DNA of 63,059 nt, filler included, from 6 parts of 6 records of this genome joined end to end with filler, not necessarily neighbours in it, one strand, 5' to 3'; positions 10,201 to 19,800 are shown, counted from the whole stretch's first letter. Notes: generated by a model from the letters alone, not told the origin. Program-made: numbers and translations.

Positions 10201-10710
10201 ATCCTCTCTCCGTCGGCCCGGGAATCGGACCGAATCCTGACCCTGATCAATATCCTGAACCAACACCGGGAGCGGTTTCAGACCCTTGAGGCCTCCCTTA
10301 GGGACCTGATCCCCGAGATGCTGGGCCAACGCCCGGATCTGGCCCGGGCCCTGACCTCCATTGACGACGGGCTTGTCCAGTTGGACCGGATGCTCCGGAT
10401 AACGGAAGGGGAAACCGACCGCCGATCGGCGGCCGTGGCCGTGATGCAAACCGCCGTCAAATGCTGGCGAGAGGCGACAGGCGCCTCAAAGACTGAGTTG
10501 GCCAAGCAGTCCAACCTCTGGTCCGTGTACGTGGACAGGGACGGATGGGAGCGGACCCAGACCCTGGACAGATACCTTTCCCCTTCCCGCCTGCCCAAAC
10601 ACCCCCGGTACGAAACGGTGATCCGGACCGGGGAATTCGTTCTCAATTCCTGCAATCTGTCCCGGGAAGCCAGGGAAAAACTGGAGGCAGCTCTCAAGCA
10701 ACTTAGCTGA
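7207..10710 (+). CDS. Hybrid sensor kinase: extracellular sugar-binding-like domain, 7TM-DISM, HisKA, HATPase, REC, PAS-like and ChiS-type C-terminal DNA-binding domain
   Basis: LDGQWAFYW..VPGFW..GFATYRL; GIYHLALF; EFLANTTHELRTPLNG; GGTGLGL; VDDDPVN..LLDIMMP; C-terminus KTELAKQSNLWSVYVDRDGWERTQTLDRYL..LPKHPRY. Start uncertain (TTG 7183, ATG 7207 or later). Confidence 0.9.
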   Translation: MTNRALFRRPLYFNLFCSWSLPADPGHVKAQEARNLESTCGKHRIWKILIPLICLFFLQGCLAETDRPLARKGCLDLRSRDFAAGPVSLDGQWAFYWRTPSSSSGIPKDPLPSDASFMEVPGFWHQSSEEETKYPDHGFATYRLILFLPEDRPGLALKLGTISSAYTLCINGKPVGAVGRVGGDRKSTLPWHKVEIVDLDGFGSRLDMRITAANFHNFGGGIMDHLLLGPRAVLERGLKKEFVLNSVLLGSLLIMGIYHLALFLLRPKDTSTLYFGIFCLSVAVWHGTVDPHGRFMDLLVPGITWEWMTRIEFISFYLSIPAFALFMRSIFPEESSVLFTRIYQWAGILFSLAVVLFPPHIFTRTLSFYEILTATTLIYVMRVLILAVRHGRRGAIYMLIGFPIFWLTGINDILYGHRLIQTAVLVPFGLFILIISHSFVISLRFSRAFAAVERLSVELNRKNEELYRANRIKDEFLANTTHELRTPLNGIIGIAESLKEGAAGELNRPARNNLAMIVSSARRLTALINDILDFSKLRNRDIQIRKRAVDMKGLVRMVLALCEPMTRGKPLVLENRISGHLPAVLGDEDRLQQILFNLVGNAVKFTPEGTVKILAEEKGDFLSISVEDTGIGIPEDKLEEIFHSFEQGDASASRRFGGTGLGLAVTRKLVELHGGTITVASKEGKGSIFVFTIPKAMGVASTITDDPETASTLGRTALPEPFPESMAPDPLPGTDFDPVVLAVDDDPVNLQVIKNHLGLAEIPVQTATGGGEALTWIDTHGLPHLVLLDIMMPGMTGYEVCQRLRRRHSPSELPIIMVTARNRVTDLVRGFDQGANDYLTKPFTKDELLARIRTQLKLKRAYTTLQENVRLRKELNLRRITEQRLKETQKRLDKMLDTVAQPLAAVNESLEICFSNRALETLLGRQAEALLGRPAADFFEMDFADIQETHMGKSGSGIYPDTLIRGGGKEKRLDITLTSLEFGLEDEEGDEQEQLLLLILSPSARESDRILTLINILNQHRERFQTLEASLRDLIPEMLGQRPDLARALTSIDDGLVQLDRMLRITEGETDRRSAAVAVMQTAVKCWREATGASKTELAKQSNLWSVYVDRDGWERTQTLDRYLSPSRLPKHPRYETVIRTGEFVLNSCNLSREAREKLEAALKQLS

Positions 10711-10772
10711 AGCGCTGCTCGCACGTATCTGGGATTGTCAAATATTAACTTATATATCATATGGTTATAGAG

Positions 10773-10831
10773 ATTTTAACGGGTTTTAACAGGGGAAAAT
10801 TCTTGTTCGGGAACCCTTGTGCTGTTATAGG
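10773..10831 (+). promoter_or_regulatory. Sigma70-type promoter with upstream TTAAC direct repeat (copy A)
   Basis: TTTTAACGGG-TTTTAACAGG (10-bp period); -35 TTGTTC 10803-10808, 17-bp spacer, TGn-TATAGG 10826-10831. Conserved in copy B. Confidence 0.6.
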
Positions 10832-10961
10832 GGGAATTGGATTATGGGGGGTTCAGTGAAGTCCGGTTTGTTTTATGCCGCATGGCGAGAAACCCCATGG
10901 AAACGGCTTTCATGTTTTGTCTTCAGTTTTCAATATTCAACTCCAAAGGGGGATAGCGGTC

Positions 10962-11422
10962 ATGTTTGATCTGAAAGGTATCTTGTTTTGTGTGCTCTGT
11001 TGTCTCGTCCCGCTGACGGTTTCGGCGGGGGTTCTGAACCCGCCTGCGGGGCCTTCGAGTCCGGCCAGCGCCATGTACACCCTGGAGGATATCTACGACC
11101 AACTGGACACGGGCGTTGCGGGGTCAACGGGTGCTTTTACGGAGCCATCATCGGGACCTGGCTCTACCGGGGGTACCCTGAACGAGGTGATGGGCATTGC
11201 CCGCACGTGGATGACTCCAACGGCGCGGTGGCGGATGACGTGCTCTCGGGCAAGAGATACTGGGGGCTGAAGGCCGGGGAATGGGGACCGAGGACCGGGA
11301 AGATGACGGACCGGGAAGGAGGCAATGCCTCCACGGCCCAAACCTCGGTCGGCGGGGTGAACTATTTTACCGCGCCCGAGGGGTATTATGACGGTCCAGA
11401 AAAACGCGCAGATGCAAAATAG
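10962..11422 (+). pseudogene. Frameshifted, truncated paralog of the DUF1566 gene at 13051
   Basis: The two genes align closely (LKGIL.CVLCCL.PLTV.AG.L.PPAGPS...SAMYTLEDIY). There is a 1-nt frameshift near 11200, and homology stops after EGYYDG (~11395). Confidence 0.85.
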
Positions 11423-11458
11423 GTTGACCTTTTTGCAGCGATACTGCAAAATATCCGC

Positions 11459-12634
11459 ATGTGGATTAAACGAAAATACGAGTCGACCCTTCGGCGGCTC
11501 TTTGAGCAATTTCCCGTAACCGTGGTCACCGGCGCACGTCAGGTGGGTAAGACCAGTTTGGTTCGCAGGGTTTTTCCCGATTTTACCTATGTATCTCTTG
11601 ACGTACCCTCTCTTGCGGCGCAGGCCGAAGAAAATCCGGCCGCATTTCTGGCGTCCCATCGAGAACCGCTTATTATCGACGAGATCCAGTACGCGCCCTC
11701 ACTCTTGAGATCCCTGAAAGTGATTGTGGATAGCGAAAAGAACCCGGGACGTTTTGTGCTTACCGGTTCTCAGAATTTTGTCCTGATGCAGGGGATTTCG
11801 GAAAGTCTGGCCGGAAGGTGCGGACTTCTGAATATGCTGAATCTATCTTCAAGCGAGCTTCGCGAAGCAGATAGCGGCTATCATGAAAACGAATATCTCT
11901 TTAAAGGTGGATATCCGGAACTGTATGCAAGGCCACATATGGAACCTCATTTCTGGTATGCGGCCTATCTGGCCACCTATCTGGAGAGAGACGTCAGAAA
12001 CATTCTCAATGTGGGAAGTCTGAGGGATTTCGATCGTTTTTTGAGGGCCGTTGCCATTCGAACCGCTCAAATCCTTTCCTACTCCGAACTGGCCCGCGAT
12101 GTGGGCATTGCACCGAATACCGCCAAGCAGTGGATCTCGGTACTGCAGGCTTCCGGTCAGATATTTCTGCTGGAGCCTTATCATAGAAACTTAGGTAAAC
12201 GGCTCATCAAATCTCCGAAACTTTATATGTGCGATACCGGGCTTGCCGTTTTCCTGATGGGTTTCGAAAACTGGGAAAGCGTTCTGCGCCATCCCACGGT
12301 CGGCGCCATATGGGAAACACATGTTGTCATGCAGGTGGTCAGATATTATTTCTCAAAGGGTATGAACCGACCCCTCTGGTTCTGGCGGACCGTCCAGGGA
12401 TCCGAGGTGGACCTGCTGGTGGAACAGGGCGGCAGGTTTTTGGCCATTGAGGCAAAATTCAGTGAAGCACCCGGCCGTTCAAGCCTCAAAGGGATCCGGG
12501 CCCTTCGTAAATTCTACGGCAGTGACAGTCTTATTTCCGGGTTCGTTGCTTCCAGAACCCAGAACCCATACCCTCTCGGAGGAAATATTCACGCCGTTCC
12601 GGGCAGCCTAATCGACACGGTTCTCAGCCGGTAG
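11459..12634 (+). CDS. AAA+ ATPase, AAA_14/DUF4143 family
   Basis: TGARQVGKT, IIDEIQ, LTGSQ, ESLAGR, GGYPE, YLERDV, KSPKLY..DTG, EVDL..IEAK. Confidence 0.93.
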   Translation: MWIKRKYESTLRRLFEQFPVTVVTGARQVGKTSLVRRVFPDFTYVSLDVPSLAAQAEENPAAFLASHREPLIIDEIQYAPSLLRSLKVIVDSEKNPGRFVLTGSQNFVLMQGISESLAGRCGLLNMLNLSSSELREADSGYHENEYLFKGGYPELYARPHMEPHFWYAAYLATYLERDVRNILNVGSLRDFDRFLRAVAIRTAQILSYSELARDVGIAPNTAKQWISVLQASGQIFLLEPYHRNLGKRLIKSPKLYMCDTGLAVFLMGFENWESVLRHPTVGAIWETHVVMQVVRYYFSKGMNRPLWFWRTVQGSEVDLLVEQGGRFLAIEAKFSEAPGRSSLKGIRALRKFYGSDSLISGFVASRTQNPYPLGGNIHAVPGSLIDTVLSR

Positions 12635-12652
12635 GAAACAATAGGAACAATA

Positions 12653-12800
12653 GGGGACAGACCCCGTTTTTTGGTTTTGCCTATGAGTCCGGTGGATTTG
12701 CCGGGGAAATAAGTGAAATGCCCGGATGTCGTGTTTTCCGGAAACAGCTGGACGACCGGGGAAAAACCTGTTGTTAGGAAAATAAATGGGGCCTGTCCCC
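12653..12800. repeat. Short element bounded by GGGGACAG-type inverted repeats (REP/REPIN or MITE-like)
   Basis: Left GGGGACAGACCCCGTTT; reverse complement of right end GGGGACAGGCCCCATTT (15/17 identical). Confidence 0.6.
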
Positions 12801-12859
12801 AAATATGTCCGCGCCTGAAAAAATCAAATATTATTATTTATATCTAATGGTTATAGAGG

Positions 12860-12918
12860 TTTTTAACGGGAATTAACAGGGGATTTTCCTTGTCTGGAAA
12901 GCCCCGGGCTGCTATAGG
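12860..12918 (+). promoter_or_regulatory. Sigma70-type promoter with upstream TTAAC direct repeat (copy B)
   Basis: TTTTAACGGG-AATTAACAGG; -35 TTGTCT 12890-12895, 17-bp spacer, TGn-TATAGG 12913-12918. Confidence 0.6.
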
Positions 12919-13050
12919 CAAAACTTGGATTGCCGACGTTTTGGGGAAGTCTGTTTTGTCATATGCCGCATGGCTCGAAACCAGATCGGTAACGGCCTTC
13001 GCGGTTTGCCTTCAGTTTTCAATGTTCAATTCCAAACGGGGATAGGGGTC

Positions 13051-14172
13051 ATGTGTGATCTGAAAGGTATTTTGTTGTGTGTGCTCTGTTGTCTTGCCCC
13101 GCTGACGGTTTTGGCGGGGGATCTGGACCCGCCGGCAGGGCCTTCCGATGCCGGGAGCGCCATGTACACCCTGGAGGATATCTACAACCGGCTGGCCGCG
13201 GGCACGGAAGGTTCCAGGCGGACCGGGGCGTTTGTCGGGCCGTCGGCCGGGCCCGGATCAAGCGGCCATACCCTGGACCAGGTGATGGAAAAGGCCCCGG
13301 CCGTGGATGATGCAAGCGGCGCTCTGGCGTCTGAGGTGCTCTCCGGCAAGACCTACTGGGGGCTTACCGGCGGGGCCTGGGGACCGGGGACCGGGACCAT
13401 GACGGCCCGTGAAGGGGACAATGCCTCCACGGGCCAAGCCTCGCAGGGCGGGGTGAATTATTTTACGGCTCCCGAGGGGTATTATGACGGTGACGACCGG
13501 GTATCTGCGACCGACGGCCAGGTTCAAGCATTGGACCCGGACCTGTCACCGGGAAACATCAAGAAGGACGTGACGATTTTCGGTGTGACGGGGAACTACG
13601 CTGGGACAAGCTGCACAGGGACCGCCAATGAGGCAGACGTACTGTATCCCAAGACCTTCTCCAACAACAGCTCGACCGGACTGACGGGCCAACGCTACGG
13701 TGGCTGCACCTGCGGCGAGGGCAAGACCATGTACGGCACCCGGTGGTGTGACAATGGAGATGGGACGGTAACGGATCTGACCACATGCCTCGTTTGGCTG
13801 AAGAATGCTTCGTGGGGAGGGCAATACCCCTTTTGTACAGGTTCATACAGTGGCACGAATGCTCAGGATAGAGCCTCTCAGCTCATGACTGGGGTGGGAG
13901 GCCTTACTGATGGGTCAGTTGAGGGTGATTGGCGTCTGCCCACCAAAACTGAATTGGTTGGCTTAGTGAATGGAGCGAATTGGATTAGATGTCCCTCAGG
14001 GCCTTGCAATTTGTACGGCTTTACCGGCGTGCAGTCTGATATCTACTGGTCGAGTACTACGTATGTGTCAGATGCCTACAACGGCTGGTGGATGGGGATG
14101 TGGCGCGGCACCGCGGGGTGGGGCCTTATAAACAATAACTACTACGTGTGGCCGGTTCGTTCAGGCAATTGA
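13051..14172 (+). CDS. Secreted DUF1566 (Lcl C-terminal, C-type-lectin-like) domain protein
   Basis: Signal peptide; DNGDGTVTDLTTCLVW, DWRLPTKTEL, YWSSTT, YVWPVRSG. ATG 13051 follows GGGG RBS and matches the paralog start. Confidence 0.9.
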   Translation: MCDLKGILLCVLCCLAPLTVLAGDLDPPAGPSDAGSAMYTLEDIYNRLAAGTEGSRRTGAFVGPSAGPGSSGHTLDQVMEKAPAVDDASGALASEVLSGKTYWGLTGGAWGPGTGTMTAREGDNASTGQASQGGVNYFTAPEGYYDGDDRVSATDGQVQALDPDLSPGNIKKDVTIFGVTGNYAGTSCTGTANEADVLYPKTFSNNSSTGLTGQRYGGCTCGEGKTMYGTRWCDNGDGTVTDLTTCLVWLKNASWGGQYPFCTGSYSGTNAQDRASQLMTGVGGLTDGSVEGDWRLPTKTELVGLVNGANWIRCPSGPCNLYGFTGVQSDIYWSSTTYVSDAYNGWWMGMWRGTAGWGLINNNYYVWPVRSGN

Positions 14173-14316
14173 TACCAGTGAATTGAAAATCGAAGATTGT
14201 TAAAAAGCGCCAATCGGGAATTTCAAATGAAAACCGAAAAACTGAAGAAAGGAACAAGAAAAGCAGCAAGGGAGTAATTTGACAATGGGCAATAGTCAAT
14301 TGAAAACGGGGCCAAA

Positions 14317-15996
14317 ATGAAAACCATACTAAAGCGCATCATGCCATGGGGAATGATCTTCACGATAGGCTTTGCCCTCATGAACCAGCCCCCGGCCCGG
14401 GCAGAAGAGGGGAACATCGACGCAACCCATAAATACGCCTGGTCCGAGAATGCGGGATGGGAAAACTTCCGGCCCACCTACGGCGGGGTCACGGTCCATG
14501 AGACCTACCTCTCCGGTTACACCTGGGCCGAGAACATCGGGTGGGTGAAGCTGGGTTCGGGCACGGGACCCTATGCCAACACCACCGGCACCGACTGGGG
14601 GGTGAACCGGGATAGCACCACTGGCGCGCTCTCGGGCTATGCCTGGAGCGAGAACGCGGGCTGGATCAACTTCAGCCCTGCCCATGGCGGGGTTACCATC
14701 AGCACCTCCACCAACAAGTTCGACGGCTATGCCTGGGGTGAGCGGATCGGATGGATCCATTTTCAGAACGCCTCCCCCGAATACTGTGTGATGCAACAGG
14801 CAGGCGCCCCCACGGTCACCACACAACCGGTGACCGGTATGGGCTCCACCACGGCCACCGGAAACGGCAATATCACGGCGCTTGGTGCGCCTAATCCCAC
14901 GCAGCACGGGGTCTGCTGGAACACCACCGGGAACCCAACCACCGAGGACAACAGGACGGAGGAGGGCGCGGTGAGCGCGACCGGTCCGTTTACCGCCCAC
15001 ATCACCGGACTTACAGCCGAAACCAAATATTATGTGAGGGCCTATGCGGAAAACACCGGAGGCACTTCCTATGGCGCAGAGGTGTCCTTCACCACCCTGC
15101 CGAATACCCCCTCCGTCCCCACCGCAACCGCCGCGACCGCCGTTACCGAGAAAAGCTTCTCCGCCAACTGGAATGCCGCAACGGGCGCAACGGGCTACCG
15201 GCTGGATGTGTCGGTCAAAAGCGATTTCGGCAGTTATGTCACTGGCTACCGGGACAAGGATGTGGGGAACGTGACAACCTTTTCGGTAACCGGCCTGTCT
15301 CCGGTGACCGAATACTTCTATCGGGTCAGGGCCGGCAATGAAGGCGGGGCTTGTCAAAGCTCCAATACCATCGGCGTCACCACCACCGACGGAACAGACG
15401 TCCCGGCGGAAATCCAGGACGCGGCCCCCAATAACGGCGACGGAAACGGCGACGGCATAAAGGACCGGATGCAGACCCATGTGGCTTCACTCCCCTCCGC
15501 CACCCCGGGTGCGGGCTACATGACCGTTGAACTCGCCGGATGCGGCCAGATTCATAAGGTAGCGGCCTGCACCTGTGCCTCCGTGGGGAAAGCGGATCCG
15601 GCTTATACCTATCCGTTTGGTTTGGTCGGGTTCGAGATCCCTTGCGGGAGCGCCACGGTCAGGATATATTATCATGGTGCAACCCATTTTCAAAAATCAG
15701 ATTACCGGAAGTACGGGCCGACCCCCGCCGACTGGAACACTCCCATCTGGTACACGATGCCGGACTGTACCTTCGGCAACAAGGTGATCGGCACAAAGAC
15801 GGTCCCCTACGTGGAGTTTCTTCTGACCGAAGCCCTGCTCGGGGACGATACGCCCGTGTTTCCCATTGTGGACCAGGGAGGCGTGGCACTGCCCAATGCC
15901 ATTCCCACCCTGAACCAATGGGGAATCGTCATCCTGGCCCTGCTTGTGTCCGGGATCGCCCTTGGCGCCATAAGACGACAAAGGGCGAAAAATTGA
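14317..15996 (+). CDS. Surface protein: (Y)AWSENAGW repeats, two FN3 modules, choice-of-anchor-U-like domain, IPTL-CTERM sorting signal
   Basis: Four AW(S/A/G)E..GW repeats; YYVRAYA and YFYRVRA FN3 motifs; GDGNGDG..D; C-terminal IPTLNQWG + hydrophobic helix + RRQR. Confidence 0.85.
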   Translation: MKTILKRIMPWGMIFTIGFALMNQPPARAEEGNIDATHKYAWSENAGWENFRPTYGGVTVHETYLSGYTWAENIGWVKLGSGTGPYANTTGTDWGVNRDSTTGALSGYAWSENAGWINFSPAHGGVTISTSTNKFDGYAWGERIGWIHFQNASPEYCVMQQAGAPTVTTQPVTGMGSTTATGNGNITALGAPNPTQHGVCWNTTGNPTTEDNRTEEGAVSATGPFTAHITGLTAETKYYVRAYAENTGGTSYGAEVSFTTLPNTPSVPTATAATAVTEKSFSANWNAATGATGYRLDVSVKSDFGSYVTGYRDKDVGNVTTFSVTGLSPVTEYFYRVRAGNEGGACQSSNTIGVTTTDGTDVPAEIQDAAPNNGDGNGDGIKDRMQTHVASLPSATPGAGYMTVELAGCGQIHKVAACTCASVGKADPAYTYPFGLVGFEIPCGSATVRIYYHGATHFQKSDYRKYGPTPADWNTPIWYTMPDCTFGNKVIGTKTVPYVEFLLTEALLGDDTPVFPIVDQGGVALPNAIPTLNQWGIVILALLVSGIALGAIRRQRAKN

Positions 15997-16105
15997 ACGT
16001 GCAAACCAATCCGAAAGGGAGGGGACTGAACCCCTTTACATGGTCAATCGTTTGTAGATGGCCGGCAACATGGTGGGGGAGCAGTTCCACCTTGGAGAGG
16101 ACAAT

Positions 16106-16205
16106 NNNNNNNNNNNNNNNNNNNNNNNNNNNNNNNNNNNNNNNNNNNNTTAATTAATTAANNNNNNNNNNNNNNNNNNNNNNNNNNNNNNNNNNNNNNN
16201 NNNNN
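16106..16205. other. Artificial contig spacer
   Basis: N-run with TTAATTAATTAA six-frame stop linker. Confidence 0.99.
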
Positions 16206-16400
16206 CGCCTGTTTTCCCAATCAGATATCCCATGGAACGAAATTGCCTTTGACGTCATCCGTGAGACCCTGGATGACTATTTTACGGACCGCGGAAATGC
16301 CGGACATCATGCATTTAACCCCCGGGATTTTGGGTTTGAAATCAAGGATCTTGAGTTTTCACCGGGCCGTGGAGGCGTAATTGTCGATAAACCATTTTAA
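16206..16400 (+). CDS. 3' end of a probable NUDIX hydrolase (partial)
   Basis: Translated by hand: RLFSQSDIPWNEIAFDVIRETLDDYF..., the typical NUDIX C-terminal LF...IPW.E.AF. Confidence 0.6.
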   Translation, partial: RLFSQSDIPWNEIAFDVIRETLDDYFTDRGNAGHHAFNPRDFGFEIKDLEFSPGRGGVIVDKPF

Positions 16401-16682
16401 CAGGCAGACTGTAATACTTCTTCCTGGGTCCGTGATTCACGGGCTTGTTTCCTTTTAATATGGCGATTGTACCCCTGAATAATATCCGGATCCGGCGGGT
16501 TATTGTGACCGGTCTGGACGAAGATGCCTTTATGGTAACAACTTCCCAGACCAATTGTTTTCATTATGCCGAAATTGACCATCTCCTTGACTGATCATAT
16601 GTCTGAGGACTGTTATCGACCCGGTTCTACGAAGGATACCGGTTTCGGGACATCGTGGGTAAAAAGAATTCGGCGCAAGGAT

Positions 16683-16718
16683 AATCCGTTCCCACGCCCT
16701 GAGTCGTGGGAACGGATT
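16683..16718. repeat. Perfect 14-bp-stem palindrome (REP-like, possible terminator between convergent genes)
   Basis: AATCCGTTCCCACG-CCCTGAGT-CGTGGGAACGGATT. Confidence 0.65.
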
Positions 16719-16817
16719 GAATTGAACGGTCGGATATTAAAAACGTTGTTTTTTTACTTGAGATAGATTAATGTTATCCATTTTTATCTGGAACCCGTTG
16801 ACCCTAAATAAACAAGC

Positions 16818-19800
16818 CTATTTTTGATAAATCAATTTGATAGTCGGATCATCACTGACAAGCCTGTAAGTCACATCAAACGAATATTGTCCGGATTCCT
16901 CATTTACAAAAACGGCACTGGTTGATTCCATATACCCATTTCGGATAATACCCCCGGCACCTTCAAAGGTGTGCCCTGGATGGAAAACAACTCTTATTCC
17001 CAGTGGTAGGTCAAAACTATCTGAATCCACCTCAAATGGACTCGCCCCGTCTGGAAAGAAAGTAGTCTCTGGGGATATATCTGTCCCTGCATAAGGATTA
17101 CCGCTTAAGCGTATTGCCACACTCGATAGAGGTGGAAGGGCCTTCAACAAAACCTGCCCGAAGGAAGTCTCGGGGTCAAAACTTAATCCCCCGGCATATG
17201 GTAAACCTGTGCCAGGATCAATCAATGAAGGATCTGCAAAATTTATGCTCGAGCCGTCTGGAAGCACAGCAATTGTAATTGGATATATGCCCGTAACGTT
17301 ATAATAACCTTGTCTGTTTGCGTTCCCGGTAATTTCCAAATGACAGGAAACTGTTCCCGTGTCAATTACGGTACCATCGCTAAGCTCCGCACCTATAATG
17401 GTAATCACTTCCCTGTAATGAAGCTCTGCGTTTTCCGTCACGACTCGATAAGGATCTCCCCCAGACGTTCCTCCTAATGCTGATTCAGTATGTAGAATAT
17501 CAATCGTTGAATTCCGAATTGTTTCACCCGGAGGAATCATTAATTGAACGTTCAGGTTTGAATAAGCACTTAAGGAGGGGAGTTCTGTGCTTATTGATGT
17601 GACGGTTGTTCCTGTATAAGGTGACGGGGTATTGTCGTCATCTCGCATAGTTGAATATGGATTTAGCGTATAGGTGTGGGAAAGACTGCTTCCTCGCAAG
17701 GCATCAAGCCGTTCTGTTGAGATCTTTTCAACAAGCACAACCCCTTGGGCCTCTCCCTTATCGGAAGTGAGGATGACCCGGTGCTGCCCCGTGGCGGTGA
17801 AGGTATATTCGGGTATGGAGATGCGGCTGTCATCAACAACAGTAAAGGAAGGAAGGGTCTCTGCTCCCGAAGGATCCGTAATCACTACGGTATGAACAGG
17901 GGTTAAATTTTCTCCAGTGATCATTAGCTCGATCCCCTGGTTCATCGGGATGCCTGAAGAGGGCGTTATCTGCTTAATTTCCGGAGCATCGGTGTTGATG
18001 GGGCCGCAATGCTCAACCCATTGGCCGTCCACCTCTTTTTCAACACAGAGGTATTGTTGATCCAGACTGTTGAAGATATAGTCGCTGACCAGCAGATTGT
18101 GGCAATCAATATGGTCAAAATCGACATATTCCAGATTTACCGCCAGCTCATCTGTAATATATACCCGTGAATCAGGTGTGAAATAATAGCCTTCAACATC
18201 AATGTCTACGGGAACATTGAGCTGGATTTCACCCATGACCTCTATCTGTCCGACTTCCGGGGCCTGGGTATAGTCCTGGGGCAGGTCATCGCCTGGTGTG
18301 GGGTTGGTGTCCTGTGCATTCTTGCTCTCTGCACTGTCCCCCATACCCCTGGCGGCAAACACTTCCCAGAGCATTTTTTGGTGCGCGCTGCATTCGGCAG
18401 CGCTGTCGGCGGCGAGGAGCGCATCCCTGGCATCAAGCAAGTCAGGGGCAGCCGGCATCATCTTCATGGCATCAATGACCAGCCGTTCCAGTTTGGTTCG
18501 ACCGGCCTCACTGCCGTATTTTTCCATAAACAGGTCGCGCAGATCCCATAGTGCTGAGGAAAAAATGAGGGCCACCTTATACTTTGGTCCATCATTTTTT
18601 TGGGTACTATAGTCATGGACCTTATTGTAGGTTGCATTTGGATGGCCTAACGGAAGAATGCGTATCCCTTTTACTTGGTCCCCTGTTTCGTATTCACCCA
18701 TGACCGGGTCATTGGTGAGGCTACAGGCGAAAAAGTCACTGAATCCCTCAGACACTGCACCAGCCTGCACACCTAAATCCCACATGGGCTGCAAATCTAT
18801 CGTTCCGCCAACCAAGGCATTGGACACATTGTGGACATATTCGTGGATAATAATATCGGGATCCAGTGAGGTGTCAGAAGCAGCATAATACGTTGCCACA
18901 TAACCGGGTTTTTTCTTATAAAACAGGCCATATTGTACAACAGGAAACCATTTACGGGTATCGCTTGAGTCCATTGTGCTGTAGGTTGCGCAGGCATTGT
19001 TGACTGCGTATTTGGATACCCAACCTCCCCTTACATAGGCCTTTACGCCTGTCTTCGAAAAGAATTCAGATCCTTGTCCATAGTTCCCAGCCTCCATGTT
19101 TCGGGATTCATGGTCAAACCCTATGTCGACAAAATAATCGTGCAGATGGTTCATCCAGTAAAAGATATTGCCACTCGTGAAATATTTATCCTCCCAGTTA
19201 TAAGCATTCGTGTTGAAAATCCATTTGCCGTCATTATTTCGCCAACTGTTTAGAAAGTTTTGTGCGAATAAGGTTTCAGTCCAAAAGTTGTGATGATTTG
19301 TTAGATCATCAGGGTAATAGCGATAAACGACGTAGGTGTTTGAGCCCCAACTGGGGTAAGGTTTTTCCGGGTTGGAGAGATCAAACCAGTGATCGGGAAG
19401 CGTTACTGAACTCGGAGTATCTCCTACCTTATCAGGAGACTGGAGAAAAGCCTTGCCGGGAATGGCTGCCGCGGCCATATCTGTCACCTGGAGAACGTTC
19501 CCGGTATGGGCATCCACCATGGCGACGCAATAATTTTTGTCATCAAAGAAGAGCACCCACCATGTCAAATGGATGCCGTCGGCCATGGCCAACCATCTCA
19601 GGCTGGCAACCGGATTATCGTTGAGCGGACCGGCTTCAAACACGGTTTCCTGCTCCGCCCCTTCCGGGCCCGAGACAACAGCCGGCTGAAAAAGTGTCTG
19701 GGGTGCAAGGCTGTTGACAACAATGGTAACCGCATCCTCAGGAGGAATAGCCGGTGACGGTGAGGGGTAGGCCGGTGCCGGGTCAAAATCGCCGTTTACG

